From Candidatus Omnitrophota bacterium (GTDB lineage Bacteria; Ratteibacteria; UBA8468; MWAK01), in NCBI GenBank assembly GCA_043826355.1, contig JBDRQI010000004.1:64001-128000 (forward strand): a stretch of 64,000 bases of DNA, written 5' to 3'. Below the pieces are notes generated by a model that saw nothing but the letters and a program-made list of their open reading frames with translations, ran no database searches and was not told the origin of the DNA. Made by a program: the position numbers and the translations under genes. Shown piece by piece: positions 30,343 through 39,972 of the stretch (the stretch's first letter is position 1; every line of letters begins with the position of its first letter).

Positions 30343-31716
30343 TCATTTTATTTTCCAGTCAGGTTTTGTCCACTGCGCCGTGCCTCCTTCTCCTTGCCCC
30401 ACCGGGTTTTTGCCTAAGACGAAAACGGTGGTATAGCCAGAATTTGTGCCATAAACCCAATCCCCGTCAGGACTAACCACGACATCTTGGGGCGCAGTCC
30501 CCGGGGCGATGCTGATTGGCGAAGGAGGGGTCATAATTGTATTATCTAAGGTCTGGATAATGGAAACATCGTTGGAGCCGTGATTTGTCACATACACATA
30601 TTTTCCGTCTGGGGTAATCGCGGCGGCGACGGGTGCGTCCCCCGGGGCTACGCTGATTGTTTTCATGACCGTATTGTTTGATGTCCTGATAACCGAAACG
30701 CTGTCGCTGTTTGTATTGACAACATACACATAATTCCCGTCAGGGGTAACCTTTAAATCTTGCGGTGAGTTACCGACGTTGATTGTTTTTATGACCGTAT
30801 TATCGGATGTCCTGATAACCGAAACGCTGTTTCCGCTCGCATTTGCAGCATAGACATAGTTTCCGTTAGGATTAGCCGCTATCGCGTGGGTGCCGTTCCT
30901 GGTTCCGATTGTTTTTATAACCTTATTATCGGATGTCCTGATAACGGAAACACTGTTGGAATCGTAATTTGTCACATATACACGACCCCCGTCAGGGGTA
31001 ATCGCTAAATTGGTCGGTGAATTCCCGACGTTTATTGTTTTTATGACCGTATTATCGGATGTCCTGATAACCGAAACCTTATCAGTGCCCCTGTTTGCAA
31101 TATACATATATGCATAATTCCCGTCAGGGGGGGAGAAGACCATGCCTCCGGGGCCTTGCCCGACCGTAATTATTTTTATGATTTCCTGAGAGGTTCTTTC
31201 GATAACCGAAACGGTGGTACCCGTTCCCCAGCCGCCGGGGCCTGAAAAATGTCCGACGTACAAATAAGTCCCGTCAGGGTCAGGGGTAACCGCGATGGTG
31301 CCAGGGTAAGGGCTGAGAGGAATTTGGGGCTCGTAAGTATCGGGATAAACCGGAAAATCAGAAGGGGCGGAAATCACGAGTTGAACTCTTTCTGCCGCTG
31401 ACGGATGTCCGTTGACCGTGCCGGTTGAGATAAATGTAATCGTATCGGTTCCTGTTTTGTCAATATGGAAATAGCCGGTTCCGAGCGCAAATTGGTTGTT
31501 GGGGTCAGGATCCCAGGAGCTGCCTTTAAAACGCGCATAGTCAATACCCGCCTCCGCCAGATAGAACGCCTGTTCCCGGAACAACCTCTTGTTGGCTTCA
31601 ATCCGATCCAGGGAACCGAGCAGAAGAATTCCGCTGCCGACAATCATCGCGATAATCATATAGATAATGACCATCGGTAGGAGGTATCCCCTTTTACTGT
31701 TACAAAAAGGATTCAT
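30343..31716 (-). CDS. PilX-like minor pilin fused to a YVTN beta-propeller (putative adhesin)
   Basis: 'KRGYLLP' prepilin-like start, PilX-type motif 'QAFYLAEAGI' and repeated 'PDG.YVYV.N..S.SVSVI'. Confidence 0.8.
   Translation of the reverse strand: MNPFCNSKRGYLLPMVIIYMIIAMIVGSGILLLGSLDRIEANKRLFREQAFYLAEAGIDYARFKGSSWDPDPNNQFALGTGYFHIDKTGTDTITFISTGTVNGHPSAAERVQLVISAPSDFPVYPDTYEPQIPLSPYPGTIAVTPDPDGTYLYVGHFSGPGGWGTGTTVSVIERTSQEIIKIITVGQGPGGMVFSPPDGNYAYMYIANRGTDKVSVIRTSDNTVIKTINVGNSPTNLAITPDGGRVYVTNYDSNSVSVIRTSDNKVIKTIGTRNGTHAIAANPNGNYVYAANASGNSVSVIRTSDNTVIKTINVGNSPQDLKVTPDGNYVYVVNTNSDSVSVIRTSNNTVMKTISVAPGDAPVAAAITPDGKYVYVTNHGSNDVSIIQTLDNTIMTPPSPISIAPGTAPQDVVVSPDGDWVYGTNSGYTTVFVLGKNPVGQGEGGTAQWTKPDWKIK
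30655..31080. repeat. Intragenic 126-bp tandem repeats (four near-identical blades)
   Basis: ATGACCGTATTATCGGATGTCCTGATAACCGAAAC-like blocks at 30665, 30791, 30917 and 31043. Confidence 0.85.
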
Positions 31717-31717
31717 A

Positions 31718-32218
31718 TTATCCTCCCCCTGCGTTTCTCAGGTAAACCAGAAAAATATTGCTTATTGGGTTAAAATTGTTCGGCACAAGCACCTCAACTT
31801 TGACCCTGACGGTTCGAGTATCAACATTTGTAAATTCAAGTAAACTGCAAGTGTTTATGATTGTTTCCGAGACGTTTGGAGGGTATTTATCATAGTAGGT
31901 CAGCCGGTTGCCGGAAGCAAGGTAGAATTCTTTTGACCAACCGGTATTGCTGGCAATAATGGCTGTTCCCGACACTCCCAGCTCCCTTACTGCTCCGTTA
32001 CGAACAGCATAAACAGTATCGGCGTTTGCTTCCTCGAGAATCCCTTTTATTTTGTAACTGGCGACATCAAGGTCTCTTTGCGAAGCCACTATCTCCTTGC
32101 CTGTTTTCCAATCCTTGAATGCGGCAACAATCAGGGTTTCGATGCCAAAGAGCGCTATTGCGCTCAGGATAATGGCAATTATTACCTCAACCAACGTAAA
32201 ACCTTTTTTCGCAGACAT
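31718..32218 (-). CDS. Minor pilin (PilW-like)
   Basis: Class III signal KKG|FTLVE. Confidence 0.85.
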   Translation of the reverse strand: MSAKKGFTLVEVIIAIILSAIALFGIETLIVAAFKDWKTGKEIVASQRDLDVASYKIKGILEEANADTVYAVRNGAVRELGVSGTAIIASNTGWSKEFYLASGNRLTYYDKYPPNVSETIINTCSLLEFTNVDTRTVRVKVEVLVPNNFNPISNIFLVYLRNAGGG

Positions 32219-32233
32219 ATAAAATATTTGTTA

Positions 32234-32608
32234 TTATTTGGGTGAAATATACGTTGTTAGAGAAACGGGAAAACTTCCCGGATTCCAGCCCATCTCCACC
32301 GTTACCTGTTTATAATCGGGACCGGCGCCTATATCTGTAATTGTTGTCTTTCTCGTAAAAATTTTTCCGGAAATATTCAGATTGTTTTCAATTGCGGGGC
32401 TGAGGAGCAGTTCCATATCGGAGTAATTCATGCTCTTTAACTGCTCTATCTTGTAAACAGCGCCCCAGGTCGCCAGGCGTTGACGGTTAGCGTAAGAAAG
32501 GTTATTGCGATTGAGGGAAAAAAAGGCTATGCCGCCGAGCAGGGATATAATTAGTATGATTGTGGCAATAATTACTTCCGCTAACGTAAAACCGGCCTTT
32601 TTGTGCAT
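32234..32608 (-). CDS. Minor pilin (PilV-like)
   Basis: KKAG|FTLAE. The longer ORF start lies inside a GTAG repeat. Confidence 0.8.
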   Translation of the reverse strand: MHKKAGFTLAEVIIATIILIISLLGGIAFFSLNRNNLSYANRQRLATWGAVYKIEQLKSMNYSDMELLLSPAIENNLNISGKIFTRKTTITDIGAGPDYKQVTVEMGWNPGSFPVSLTTYISPK

Positions 32609-32687
32609 ACTTAACGTAGCGGTGGCATTTATGCCAAGTTTTGTTCGTGCGATAAATCGCACCGCTACAGGGTGCGCAAATACGATT

Positions 32688-32731
32688 ACGGCACCAGAAG
32701 AGAGGCGTTACCGACTCTCTTCTGGTGCCGT
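32688..32731. terminator. Perfect 17-bp stem-loop just downstream of the major pilin gene
   Basis: ACGGCACCAGAAGAGAG-N10-CTCTCTTCTGGTGCCGT, with no strong U-tract. Confidence 0.7.
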
Positions 32732-32737
32732 GTCCAC

Positions 32738-33175
32738 TTAGAATTCACTAATCACTCCATCCTGAGTTACTGTAGCAACAACAGTCGTTGTTGGCCAATA
32801 CTTGAGCACTTTTGCCGTACCCGGCGCACCGTTGGTTGCGAGACTTGTGCAGGTGGCGGTGAATGTTGTCGTTCCGTTACCGGTAACGGTATAGGAATCG
32901 ATGTCGAAGTAGTGAGCGTCTGTTGCGTCAATTCCCAGGACACTCTCGACTTGAGCGGAAGTAAGGTTGTTTGAGTAACCACCGTATTCTGACCGGTAGA
33001 TTCTTTCTGCGGAACGGATTGCGCCCAAGGTTGCCACCGCTTCGGTCCGGATGGCTCTTTTGACGTTTGCCGTATAGAAAGGTATCGAGGCGGCAGCCAA
33101 GATTGCCACGATTATTACTACGACCATTAATTCCACCATCGTGAAACCATTTTTGTTCTTAAGTAAATTCTTCAT
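32738..33175 (-). CDS. pilA: Probable major type IVa pilin
   Basis: KNG|FTMVELMVVVIIVAILAA.SIP.Y. Own RBS (GGGGGTG) and candidate promoter TTGAAT-N18-TATAAT (33240-33211). Confidence 0.85.
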   Translation of the reverse strand: MKNLLKNKNGFTMVELMVVVIIVAILAAASIPFYTANVKRAIRTEAVATLGAIRSAERIYRSEYGGYSNNLTSAQVESVLGIDATDAHYFDIDSYTVTGNGTTTFTATCTSLATNGAPGTAKVLKYWPTTTVVATVTQDGVISEF

Positions 33176-33244
33176 AGAATTTTTTCACCCCCTTTTTGAT
33201 GTTGCTTATTATTATATCTTAAATTTGCAACAAAATTCAAGTAT

Positions 33245-34459
33245 TTACATATTTACTGACCCGGACAACTTGAATATCGGCAGATACAGGGCGATGACCA
33301 CAAACCCGACGATTACGCCCAGCCCAAGGAGCATTGCCGGTTCCAGCGTGGTAGTGAGCATCTTGGTTCTAGCCATGGCTTCGTCCCGGTAGAATCGGTT
33401 GATCCGGCTGAACATCTCGCTCAGTTTACCGGTTTCTTCTCCCACGGAAACCATCCGTGTCAATAGCGGGGGGAAGATGGGTTCTTTGCGCATTTCCGCC
33501 GAGATGGTGCCGCCGCTTTCTACACCGTTTTTTATTTTATCGGAAGCATCTTCAATCAGGCTGTTTCCGGAGACCGTGCCGACTATCCCCAGGCATTTTA
33601 TCACCGGAACTCCGCTGGAAATAAGCGCCGCGAAAGTCTGGCAAAAATAGGAAAGAGCAATCAAACGGAAGGTTTCACCAAGCACCGGCAGGCGTAATTT
33701 ACGCCGGTCGAAAAACCTCCGGCCGTTCCGGGTCCTATTGTAACGGTAGCAGGTAACCGCAACAGCGAAAAAAATTAAAACAAGCCAAATAAAGTTTTTT
33801 ATGATAATATTGCTGGTATCCATGACGAACCTGGTTAGAGGAGGAAGCACTACATCAAAACTGGCAAACAATTCTGTGAATTTGGGTATCAGGAATAGAA
33901 CGATAAAACAGAGGGCAAAAATAAAAAAGCCCAGTATGAAAGCAGGGTAAGTGGTGGCTGTTTTTACCTCGCGCTGAAGGGCTATTTTATCTTCCAGGTG
34001 GACGGAGATTTGCTCTAAAACCGCGGAAAGGTTTCCGCCTTCTTCGCCGGATTTAATCATGGCGGTGATGATGCTGGGGAAGAGCCGGGGGTGTTTAGCC
34101 AGGGTTTGGGAAAAGGAGTTTCCTTTTTCAATGTCGGTTCTCATGCCGTTCACAATTCCGGAAAAATTGACGTTTTTTATCTGGGACGCCAATTCTCTCA
34201 ACGAATCGGTGATAGATACGCCGGCGCCGACCATGGTCGCCAACTGCCGGAAAAAGAAAGAAATTTCAGACAGTCTAATCTTTCCGGTTCCGGCCATTTT
34301 CATCTGTATCCGTATTTTTGGTTTGATTTCCCGAGCAGAGAGGACAACCATCCGCTGTTTTTTCAGGGCGGCGACCAGCGTGTTGAGAGAGGCGGAATCC
34401 AGGGTTCCCTTAACCTTTTCTCCGTTTTCATTCCGGGCAAAATAGGTAAATTTAGCCAT
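33245..34459 (-). CDS. pilC: Pilus platform protein PilC/GspF
   Basis: 'FFRQLATMV.AGV', 'GEEGG.L', 'YP', 'VGEETGKL' and 'LEP....ALYLPIF'. Confidence 0.92.
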   Translation of the reverse strand: MAKFTYFARNENGEKVKGTLDSASLNTLVAALKKQRMVVLSAREIKPKIRIQMKMAGTGKIRLSEISFFFRQLATMVGAGVSITDSLRELASQIKNVNFSGIVNGMRTDIEKGNSFSQTLAKHPRLFPSIITAMIKSGEEGGNLSAVLEQISVHLEDKIALQREVKTATTYPAFILGFFIFALCFIVLFLIPKFTELFASFDVVLPPLTRFVMDTSNIIIKNFIWLVLIFFAVAVTCYRYNRTRNGRRFFDRRKLRLPVLGETFRLIALSYFCQTFAALISSGVPVIKCLGIVGTVSGNSLIEDASDKIKNGVESGGTISAEMRKEPIFPPLLTRMVSVGEETGKLSEMFSRINRFYRDEAMARTKMLTTTLEPAMLLGLGVIVGFVVIALYLPIFKLSGSVNM

Positions 34460-34483
34460 AATCAATAAGGATTATAATTCATT

Positions 34484-34662
34484 TGTCATTCTGAGCGCAA
34501 GCGAAGAATCTGACATACTTTGTCATCCTGAACGCACTCTGTGTCATTCTGAGTGAAACGAAGAATCCCGTTTTAACTACGAGATCCTTCGCGACTTCGG
34601 CTCAGGATGACAAAGCATTGTTTTACTCAGGATGACAGAGTGTTTAACGGCTCAGGATAACA
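34484..34662. repeat. GTCAT-type palindromic cluster
   Basis: Multiple GTCATYCTGA arms and CTCAGGATGACA arms. Confidence 0.9.
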
Positions 34663-34678
34663 CCATAAAAACATTAAA

Positions 34679-35743
34679 CTACGTTTTTCTGCTAATTAAT
34701 TCTTCTAATTCTTTTGAATTAGAACTGGCGTTGATGGCTGTCTCCAAACTTATCTCTTTCTTCCGGTAGAGGCGGAAAAGGGAGCGGTTCATCGTTTCCA
34801 TCCCAAGGTCCAAACCCATCTGCAGGTGGGAGATAATCTCCTGCGGTTTGTTTTCCCTAATTAGATTCCTGATAGCCGGAGTTACTACCATGATTTCGGT
34901 TGCCAGCACCCTCCCTTTTCCGCCCGTTCTGGGGAGAAGTTGCTGGGCGATTACGCCGTAGAGTGTGAGGGAGAGTTGAACTCTTGTTTGTTGCTGCTGG
35001 TTGGTCGGGAAGATATCAATGATGCGGTTGATGGATTCTATTGCCTCCCCGCAATGTAGCGTGGAGAGAACCAGGTGGCCGGTTTCAGCCAGTTTTAAAG
35101 CGGAAGAGACCGTTTCCAGGTCCCGCATTTCACCGACCAGGACTACGTCCGGGTCTTCGCGGAGCGTGTGTTTCAGAGCTTCGTTGAAAGAAAGGGTATC
35201 TCCGCCTAACTCCCGCTGGTTGACGATTGACTTTTTATGTTTGAACAGATATTCAATCGGGTCCTCAACCGTAATGATATGGCATCTTCGGTTTTCGTTG
35301 ATTTGGTTAACCATGGCGGCCAGGGTGGTCGATTTTCCGCTGCCGGTAGCCCCGGTTGCCAGGATGAAACCCCGGGAGAGGGAACAGAATTTTTGCATTA
35401 TCGGGACCGGCAGGCCCAACTGCTGGAAGGTTGGGGTTTCGGTAAGGATGAGACGGAAGGCGCCGCTGACTGAACTTCTCTGAAAGTAGTAATTGACCCG
35501 GAACCGTCCTATTCCGTGAATTCCATAGGAAAAGTCAAGTTCCTTAAAATTTTCAAACCGGGTCTTCTGCTCTTCGGTCAGGATGGAGTAGCACAGGTCT
35601 TGGCAGGATTCCGCAGTCAGGGCAGGGGTTTCCATAAAGACCAACTCTCCGTCGATGCGCAGGCAGGGAGGAATGTTGGGAGAAAGGTGCAGGTCGGAGG
35701 CATTTCTTTCGGCCGCCAACGTCAGGAGTTCATTGATTTTCAT
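34679..35743 (-). CDS. pilT: Retraction ATPase PilT
   Basis: 'ASDLHL', Walker A 'GATGSGKSTT', 'EDPIE', 'LREDPD', 'GEMRD' and 'AIRNLIRE'. Confidence 0.95.
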   Translation of the reverse strand: MKINELLTLAAERNASDLHLSPNIPPCLRIDGELVFMETPALTAESCQDLCYSILTEEQKTRFENFKELDFSYGIHGIGRFRVNYYFQRSSVSGAFRLILTETPTFQQLGLPVPIMQKFCSLSRGFILATGATGSGKSTTLAAMVNQINENRRCHIITVEDPIEYLFKHKKSIVNQRELGGDTLSFNEALKHTLREDPDVVLVGEMRDLETVSSALKLAETGHLVLSTLHCGEAIESINRIIDIFPTNQQQQTRVQLSLTLYGVIAQQLLPRTGGKGRVLATEIMVVTPAIRNLIRENKPQEIISHLQMGLDLGMETMNRSLFRLYRKKEISLETAINASSNSKELEELISRKT

Positions 35744-37392
35744 TATGGGTTTTCAACGATTCCAAGGACTTCTTCCAGGGAGGTGATGCCTTCAGCCGTT
35801 TTACTCAGGGCGACATCAAAGAGACTCTTCATGCCTTCTTTTTTCGCTTCTTCCTGCCAGGTCCCGTAACTTGTTTTTTGAGTAAACAGTTCTTTCAGTC
35901 GGCGAGTTATTTCCAGGACTTCAAAAATTCCGATTCTTCCCCAGTACCCGGTTTCATTGCAAAAGCGGCACCCCTTGGCCTGGTAAATTTCGGTTTTAGC
36001 CGGCAGGAGATTTGAATAAGGCGCAGGTTCTTTACATTCCGGGCAGAGTTTCCGGATGAGGCGCTGGGCGACGACCAGATGCAGGGAAGGAGCCAATAGG
36101 TATGGCGCCACGCCCATGTCAATTAGCCGGGTAATGGTGGAGACGCTGTCATTGGTATGGATAGTGGAAAAAACCAGGTGACCGGTGAGCGCGGCCCGGA
36201 TTGCGATTTCGGCGGTTTCAAAATCCCGTATTTCGCCGACCATGATAATATTGGGGTCCTGGCGAAGGACATGGCGCAGGTAGTTGGCGAAAGTCAGACC
36301 GATTTCCGGCCTGACCTGGGCCTGGTTGATTCCTTCCAGCCGGTATTCCACCGGGTCTTCCAGAGTGACGATGTTTACTCTGGGGTTGTTGAGGTGGGAA
36401 AGGGCGGCGTAAAGGGTGGTTGTTTTTCCGGAGCCGGTAGGCCCGGTAATCAGAATAATGCCGTAAGGTTTTTTGAGGGCGGACTGGAATTTTTCTCTTT
36501 GTTCCTTTTCCATTCCTAATTCCTGAAGGTTCGGGACCAGGCTGGAACGGTCCAGGACGCGAATGACAACCTTTTCGCCAAAGACCGTGGGAAAGGTGGA
36601 GATGCGCAGGTCAAGAATTTTTTTTCCGATTTTAACTTCGCACCGGCCGTCCTGTGGGCGTCTTCTTTCGGCAATGTCAAGATTAGACAGAATCTTTATC
36701 CGACTGACGATTCCCGGGAACATCGTAACCGGGGGCGGGGATGCGGAGTTAAGTATTCCGTCGATTCGAAACCGCAGCGAACAGGTCTTTTCCATCGGTT
36801 CCAGGTGAATGTCGGAAGCCCTTTTTTCGATGGCCTGCACTAAAAGAAGGTTGACGAATTTTATCACCGGCGGGTCATCGGCCTGGAAGGTAATTTCAGA
36901 TTTATCCGCTTCCTGGTCCAATCCTACGCTGGTCAGTTCCAGCGTCGGCGCTTCCATTTCGGTAAATCCGTAATAATTCTTTTCGATGGCTGCAAGAACT
37001 TCCTCGGATTTTCCCCTGACCGCTTTTATTTCGTAACCGGTAACGCTTTGAAGTTTATCAATAGCGGTAATGTCAAATGGGTCAGCCATGGCCACTTTTA
37101 ATATTTTTTCTTTCTGTTCGATGGCTATGGCCAAAAACCGCTTGGCCAGTCTTTCCGGGATTTTTTTGATTAATGCTGGCGGGATGCTAAGCTGGGACAG
37201 GGAAACGATTTCGATTTCATTTTGCAGGGCGAGGGCTTCGGTCATTTTTTCTTTGGTCAGAAGTCCCTTTAAAATCAGAATAGTGCCCAAGAGTTTTCCG
37301 GTCCGCTGCTGTTCCTCAACGGCCAGGTCTAAATCTTTTTGTTTGATCAGGTTTTGCCTGACCAAGATGTCTCCCAACTTTTCTTTATTCAT
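35743..37392 (-). CDS. pilB: Extension ATPase PilB/GspE with MshEN-like N-terminus
   Basis: 'ASDIHLEP', 'GPTGSGKTTTLY', 'LRQDP', Zn motifs CPEC..CRFC and N-terminal KLGDIL...LLGTIL repeats. Confidence 0.93.
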   Translation of the reverse strand: MNKEKLGDILVRQNLIKQKDLDLAVEEQQRTGKLLGTILILKGLLTKEKMTEALALQNEIEIVSLSQLSIPPALIKKIPERLAKRFLAIAIEQKEKILKVAMADPFDITAIDKLQSVTGYEIKAVRGKSEEVLAAIEKNYYGFTEMEAPTLELTSVGLDQEADKSEITFQADDPPVIKFVNLLLVQAIEKRASDIHLEPMEKTCSLRFRIDGILNSASPPPVTMFPGIVSRIKILSNLDIAERRRPQDGRCEVKIGKKILDLRISTFPTVFGEKVVIRVLDRSSLVPNLQELGMEKEQREKFQSALKKPYGIILITGPTGSGKTTTLYAALSHLNNPRVNIVTLEDPVEYRLEGINQAQVRPEIGLTFANYLRHVLRQDPNIIMVGEIRDFETAEIAIRAALTGHLVFSTIHTNDSVSTITRLIDMGVAPYLLAPSLHLVVAQRLIRKLCPECKEPAPYSNLLPAKTEIYQAKGCRFCNETGYWGRIGIFEVLEITRRLKELFTQKTSYGTWQEEAKKEGMKSLFDVALSKTAEGITSLEEVLGIVENP

Positions 37393-37427
37393 TACCCTTC
37401 TTTTATACCATATTTTCAGTTTTCAGG

Positions 37428-38000
37428 TCAAATTTTACCGTTCTCCACTTCCTCCAGGAATATCTTCACCAGAAACTGGTCAAGGGTATTGTCAAGACCT
37501 TTCAGGATATTGGCTGATTCCGTGATGCTCGAAGCGGATTTATAAGGCCGGCCGGAAATCAGAGCCGAATAGGTGTCGGCGACAGCCAATATTTTTGAAC
37601 CCAGCGGTATCTCGCCGTTTTTCCGGCCTTCCGGATAACCGCTTCCGTCCATCCGTTCGTGGTGGTAGAGGACCAGGGGCAATACGTCTTTCAGGGAAGT
37701 TATCTGGCCGATGATTTTGGCGCCTTCCTGCGGATGTGTTTTTATCTTTTCGTATTCTTCCGGAGAAAGCCGGCCTGGTTTTTGGAGTATGGCGTCGGGG
37801 ATAGCGATCTTCCCGGTGTCGTGCAGAAATCCGGCGAAACGAATCGTTTCCTGCTCTTTTTCGGTGAGTTTCAATTTTTTGGCTATTGACTGGCCGTAAT
37901 CCATGACCAGCAGGGAATGAGACATTGTGTAGTGGTCTTTGCCGTCTATCACCATCAGCAAAGCATTGATTATCTCGAGAATGTCGTGTTTTTTAGCCAT
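37428..38000 (-). CDS. Stand-alone HD-GYP domain protein
   Basis: 'KDHYT..HS', 'LHDTGK', 'HHERMDGSGYP' and 'VADTY'. Confidence 0.9.
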   Translation of the reverse strand: MAKKHDILEIINALLMVIDGKDHYTMSHSLLVMDYGQSIAKKLKLTEKEQETIRFAGFLHDTGKIAIPDAILQKPGRLSPEEYEKIKTHPQEGAKIIGQITSLKDVLPLVLYHHERMDGSGYPEGRKNGEIPLGSKILAVADTYSALISGRPYKSASSITESANILKGLDNTLDQFLVKIFLEEVENGKI

Positions 38001-38352
38001 TTATTTTTTCGGAGACCAGCCGGCGGATTTCAAAGATGTCAAACGGTTTGTTCAGGCAAATAATTGCGCCCAGCCCTTGCGCTTGTTGAGTCATTTCCGG
38101 CGACCCGTAGCCGGTAAGGATAATCACTTTTGCCTTCGGGTTTATTGCTTTAATCTTTTGCAGTACTTCAATCCCGTCCATTCCCGGCATCTTCAAGTCA
38201 AGGATTGTCAGGTCAGGGTGGTCCTTTTTGCTGATTTGAATCCCTTCTTCTCCGTTGCCGGCAATCAATACATCGTAGTTGTCTTTGAACAGAATCCGCA
38301 GGGATTCGCGCGGGCCGATTTCGTCATCGATAACCAGGATTTTGTTTTTCAT
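37993..38352 (-). CDS. Single-domain response regulator
   Basis: 'VIDDE', 'LDLKMP', 'LTGY' and 'KPF'. Confidence 0.92.
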   Translation of the reverse strand: MKNKILVIDDEIGPRESLRILFKDNYDVLIAGNGEEGIQISKKDHPDLTILDLKMPGMDGIEVLQKIKAINPKAKVIILTGYGSPEMTQQAQGLGAIICLNKPFDIFEIRRLVSEKING

Positions 38353-38380
38353 TTCGCCTCCGTAAAACGTTTTTGTGTGA

Positions 38381-38529
38381 TGTCATTCTGAGCCGCTTTT
38401 GCGAAGAATCTGCCGCCCTTTGTCATTCTTGAGCGTCAGCGAAGAATCCAACGTAATTTGTCATCCTTGAGCGTTAGCGAAGGATCCAATCTTTAAAAAG
38501 CGAGATCCTTCGGTACCCTCAGGATGACA
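38381..38529. repeat. GTCAT-type palindromic cluster
   Basis: Three left arms and one right arm. Part is the reverse complement of the 16469 cluster. Confidence 0.9.
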
Positions 38530-38561
38530 ATCCATTTTTTCGTGCTTCCGTGGTATTCTTT

Positions 38562-39782
38562 TTAGAAATTATACTGGATATTTAGAGTTGTAATCAGATT
38601 AAAAGTTTTGTAGGTGCCGTCAAAAGGTCCGCTTTCGTCGATTTTCCGGTCTTCCGGAAAGGATAATTCCTGGGAGAGCGCCAGCGCAAAGTTTTTTTTC
38701 TCCCACCCAAAACCGAGGCAAAAGACGTGGGCGTTGGCGTCCGGCAGAGACGGGTCAAAGGTTCGGTCCGGTATTGAGGTGGGAAGATATACGTAACCTG
38801 CCCAGAGTTTCCAGTTTACGTCCGGACGGAATTCTATCCCAATTCTGGGGCTTAAAGTATCTTCCCAGTCCTTGGCGATCTCCTGACGGGATGGAGCGGG
38901 TAGCGCAAGGTCGATTGTCAGATTTTTCAGCGAGGACCATTCTATCCACTCCAGGTCAGTTTCTATCTTCCATCTTTTATTCGGCCGGTAGGCATAACCA
39001 ATTCCCGCCATGTTCGGGAAGTTCATTTTGACGGAAGACGGAGTTCTGAAATCCGGGCCGCCCAGGAACAGGGGTATGCCGGTCATCGAAAAGTGTCCGG
39101 TATGCTTGATGGAATAACCGCTGCGAAAGGTGCCGCCGATGCTGTGCTTTTCCGAAGGTTTATAGAGAAGACCAAGGTTGTATCCGTATCCTTCGCCTTC
39201 AACCGCCATCTTCTGGCTGCCGTCCGGGGAAGAAAAGAAACTGTAATCGTTCTGCGCTTTCAGGGTAAGGCTGGAGTTATAATAATTTAAACCCAGGCCA
39301 AGGGAAAATTCAGGGTTTACCCGATAGGCGATTGTCGGATTTACGTCAATAAATTTCATTTCCGAAAAAGTAGCGTTGTATCGGAACAAACCATCTTTAG
39401 ACCATTCGGTTGATTGTCCGAAAGGCGTGGTGATTCCCAGTCCAAACCGCCAGTTGGTCGTTTTCAAGTCGGTGGCAAAATAAAGGTTTGGCAGGATATG
39501 TAACGATTCCTTCATATTTTCCGTTTGTCCGCCCGGAGCGTAATATTTAGTGGAAGGATAGATAAAAGCCGGGGTGAACAGAACCGAGGCGCCGGATAAC
39601 TGGGTTAATCCGGCCGGGTTATGGGTGATGGCGGTGGCGTCATCTGCCTGGGCCGTGAATGCGCCGGCCTGGGCCGAGGCAGCCGTTCCCTGGGGCGGGT
39701 TCTGAAATCCGGCCCCTTCCGCATGTGTCAGTACAGATAAGAACATAAACCCTAAAATTACCGGATAAAATTTTTGTGCCAT
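38562..39782 (-). CDS. OmpP1/FadL/TodX-family outer-membrane channel for hydrophobic compounds
   Basis: 'AGF', 'AQADDATAITHNPAGL' (NPA motif), 'GLGITTPFG', 'PD' and a terminal Phe. GGAGG RBS before ATG 39782. Confidence 0.9.
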   Translation of the reverse strand: MAQKFYPVILGFMFLSVLTHAEGAGFQNPPQGTAASAQAGAFTAQADDATAITHNPAGLTQLSGASVLFTPAFIYPSTKYYAPGGQTENMKESLHILPNLYFATDLKTTNWRFGLGITTPFGQSTEWSKDGLFRYNATFSEMKFIDVNPTIAYRVNPEFSLGLGLNYYNSSLTLKAQNDYSFFSSPDGSQKMAVEGEGYGYNLGLLYKPSEKHSIGGTFRSGYSIKHTGHFSMTGIPLFLGGPDFRTPSSVKMNFPNMAGIGYAYRPNKRWKIETDLEWIEWSSLKNLTIDLALPAPSRQEIAKDWEDTLSPRIGIEFRPDVNWKLWAGYVYLPTSIPDRTFDPSLPDANAHVFCLGFGWEKKNFALALSQELSFPEDRKIDESGPFDGTYKTFNLITTLNIQYNF

Positions 39783-39870
39783 ATTTCCTCCAAATTTTTC
39801 TTTGCGTGTCGTTCCCGCATGTTTTAGGCGGGAATCAGCACCGCTTGGAATTGCGGGCATACCCTACAAG

Positions 39871-39887
39871 GTGCAATTTTTTTGCCA
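39871..39887 (-). promoter_or_regulatory. Sigma54 (-24/-12) promoter upstream of the FadL-like gene
   Basis: Minus strand reads TGGCAAAAAAATTGCA, with exact GG-N10-GC spacing, about 90 nt before the ATG. Confidence 0.65.
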
Positions 39888-39972
39888 TAGATTTTCTGTT
39901 CTATTTGTACAGTAGGACAGGCTTCCCGCCTTCGCTAAAGCTACGGCGGGCAAAGCCCGCCTGTCATTATGA

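Noticed and set aside
39783..39860. N-terminal extensions of ORF-track calls (also 50091-50186, 32609-32662, 16616-16645)
   Set aside because: They mostly translate repeat or intergenic DNA. Downstream ATGs fit RBS position or family N-termini better.
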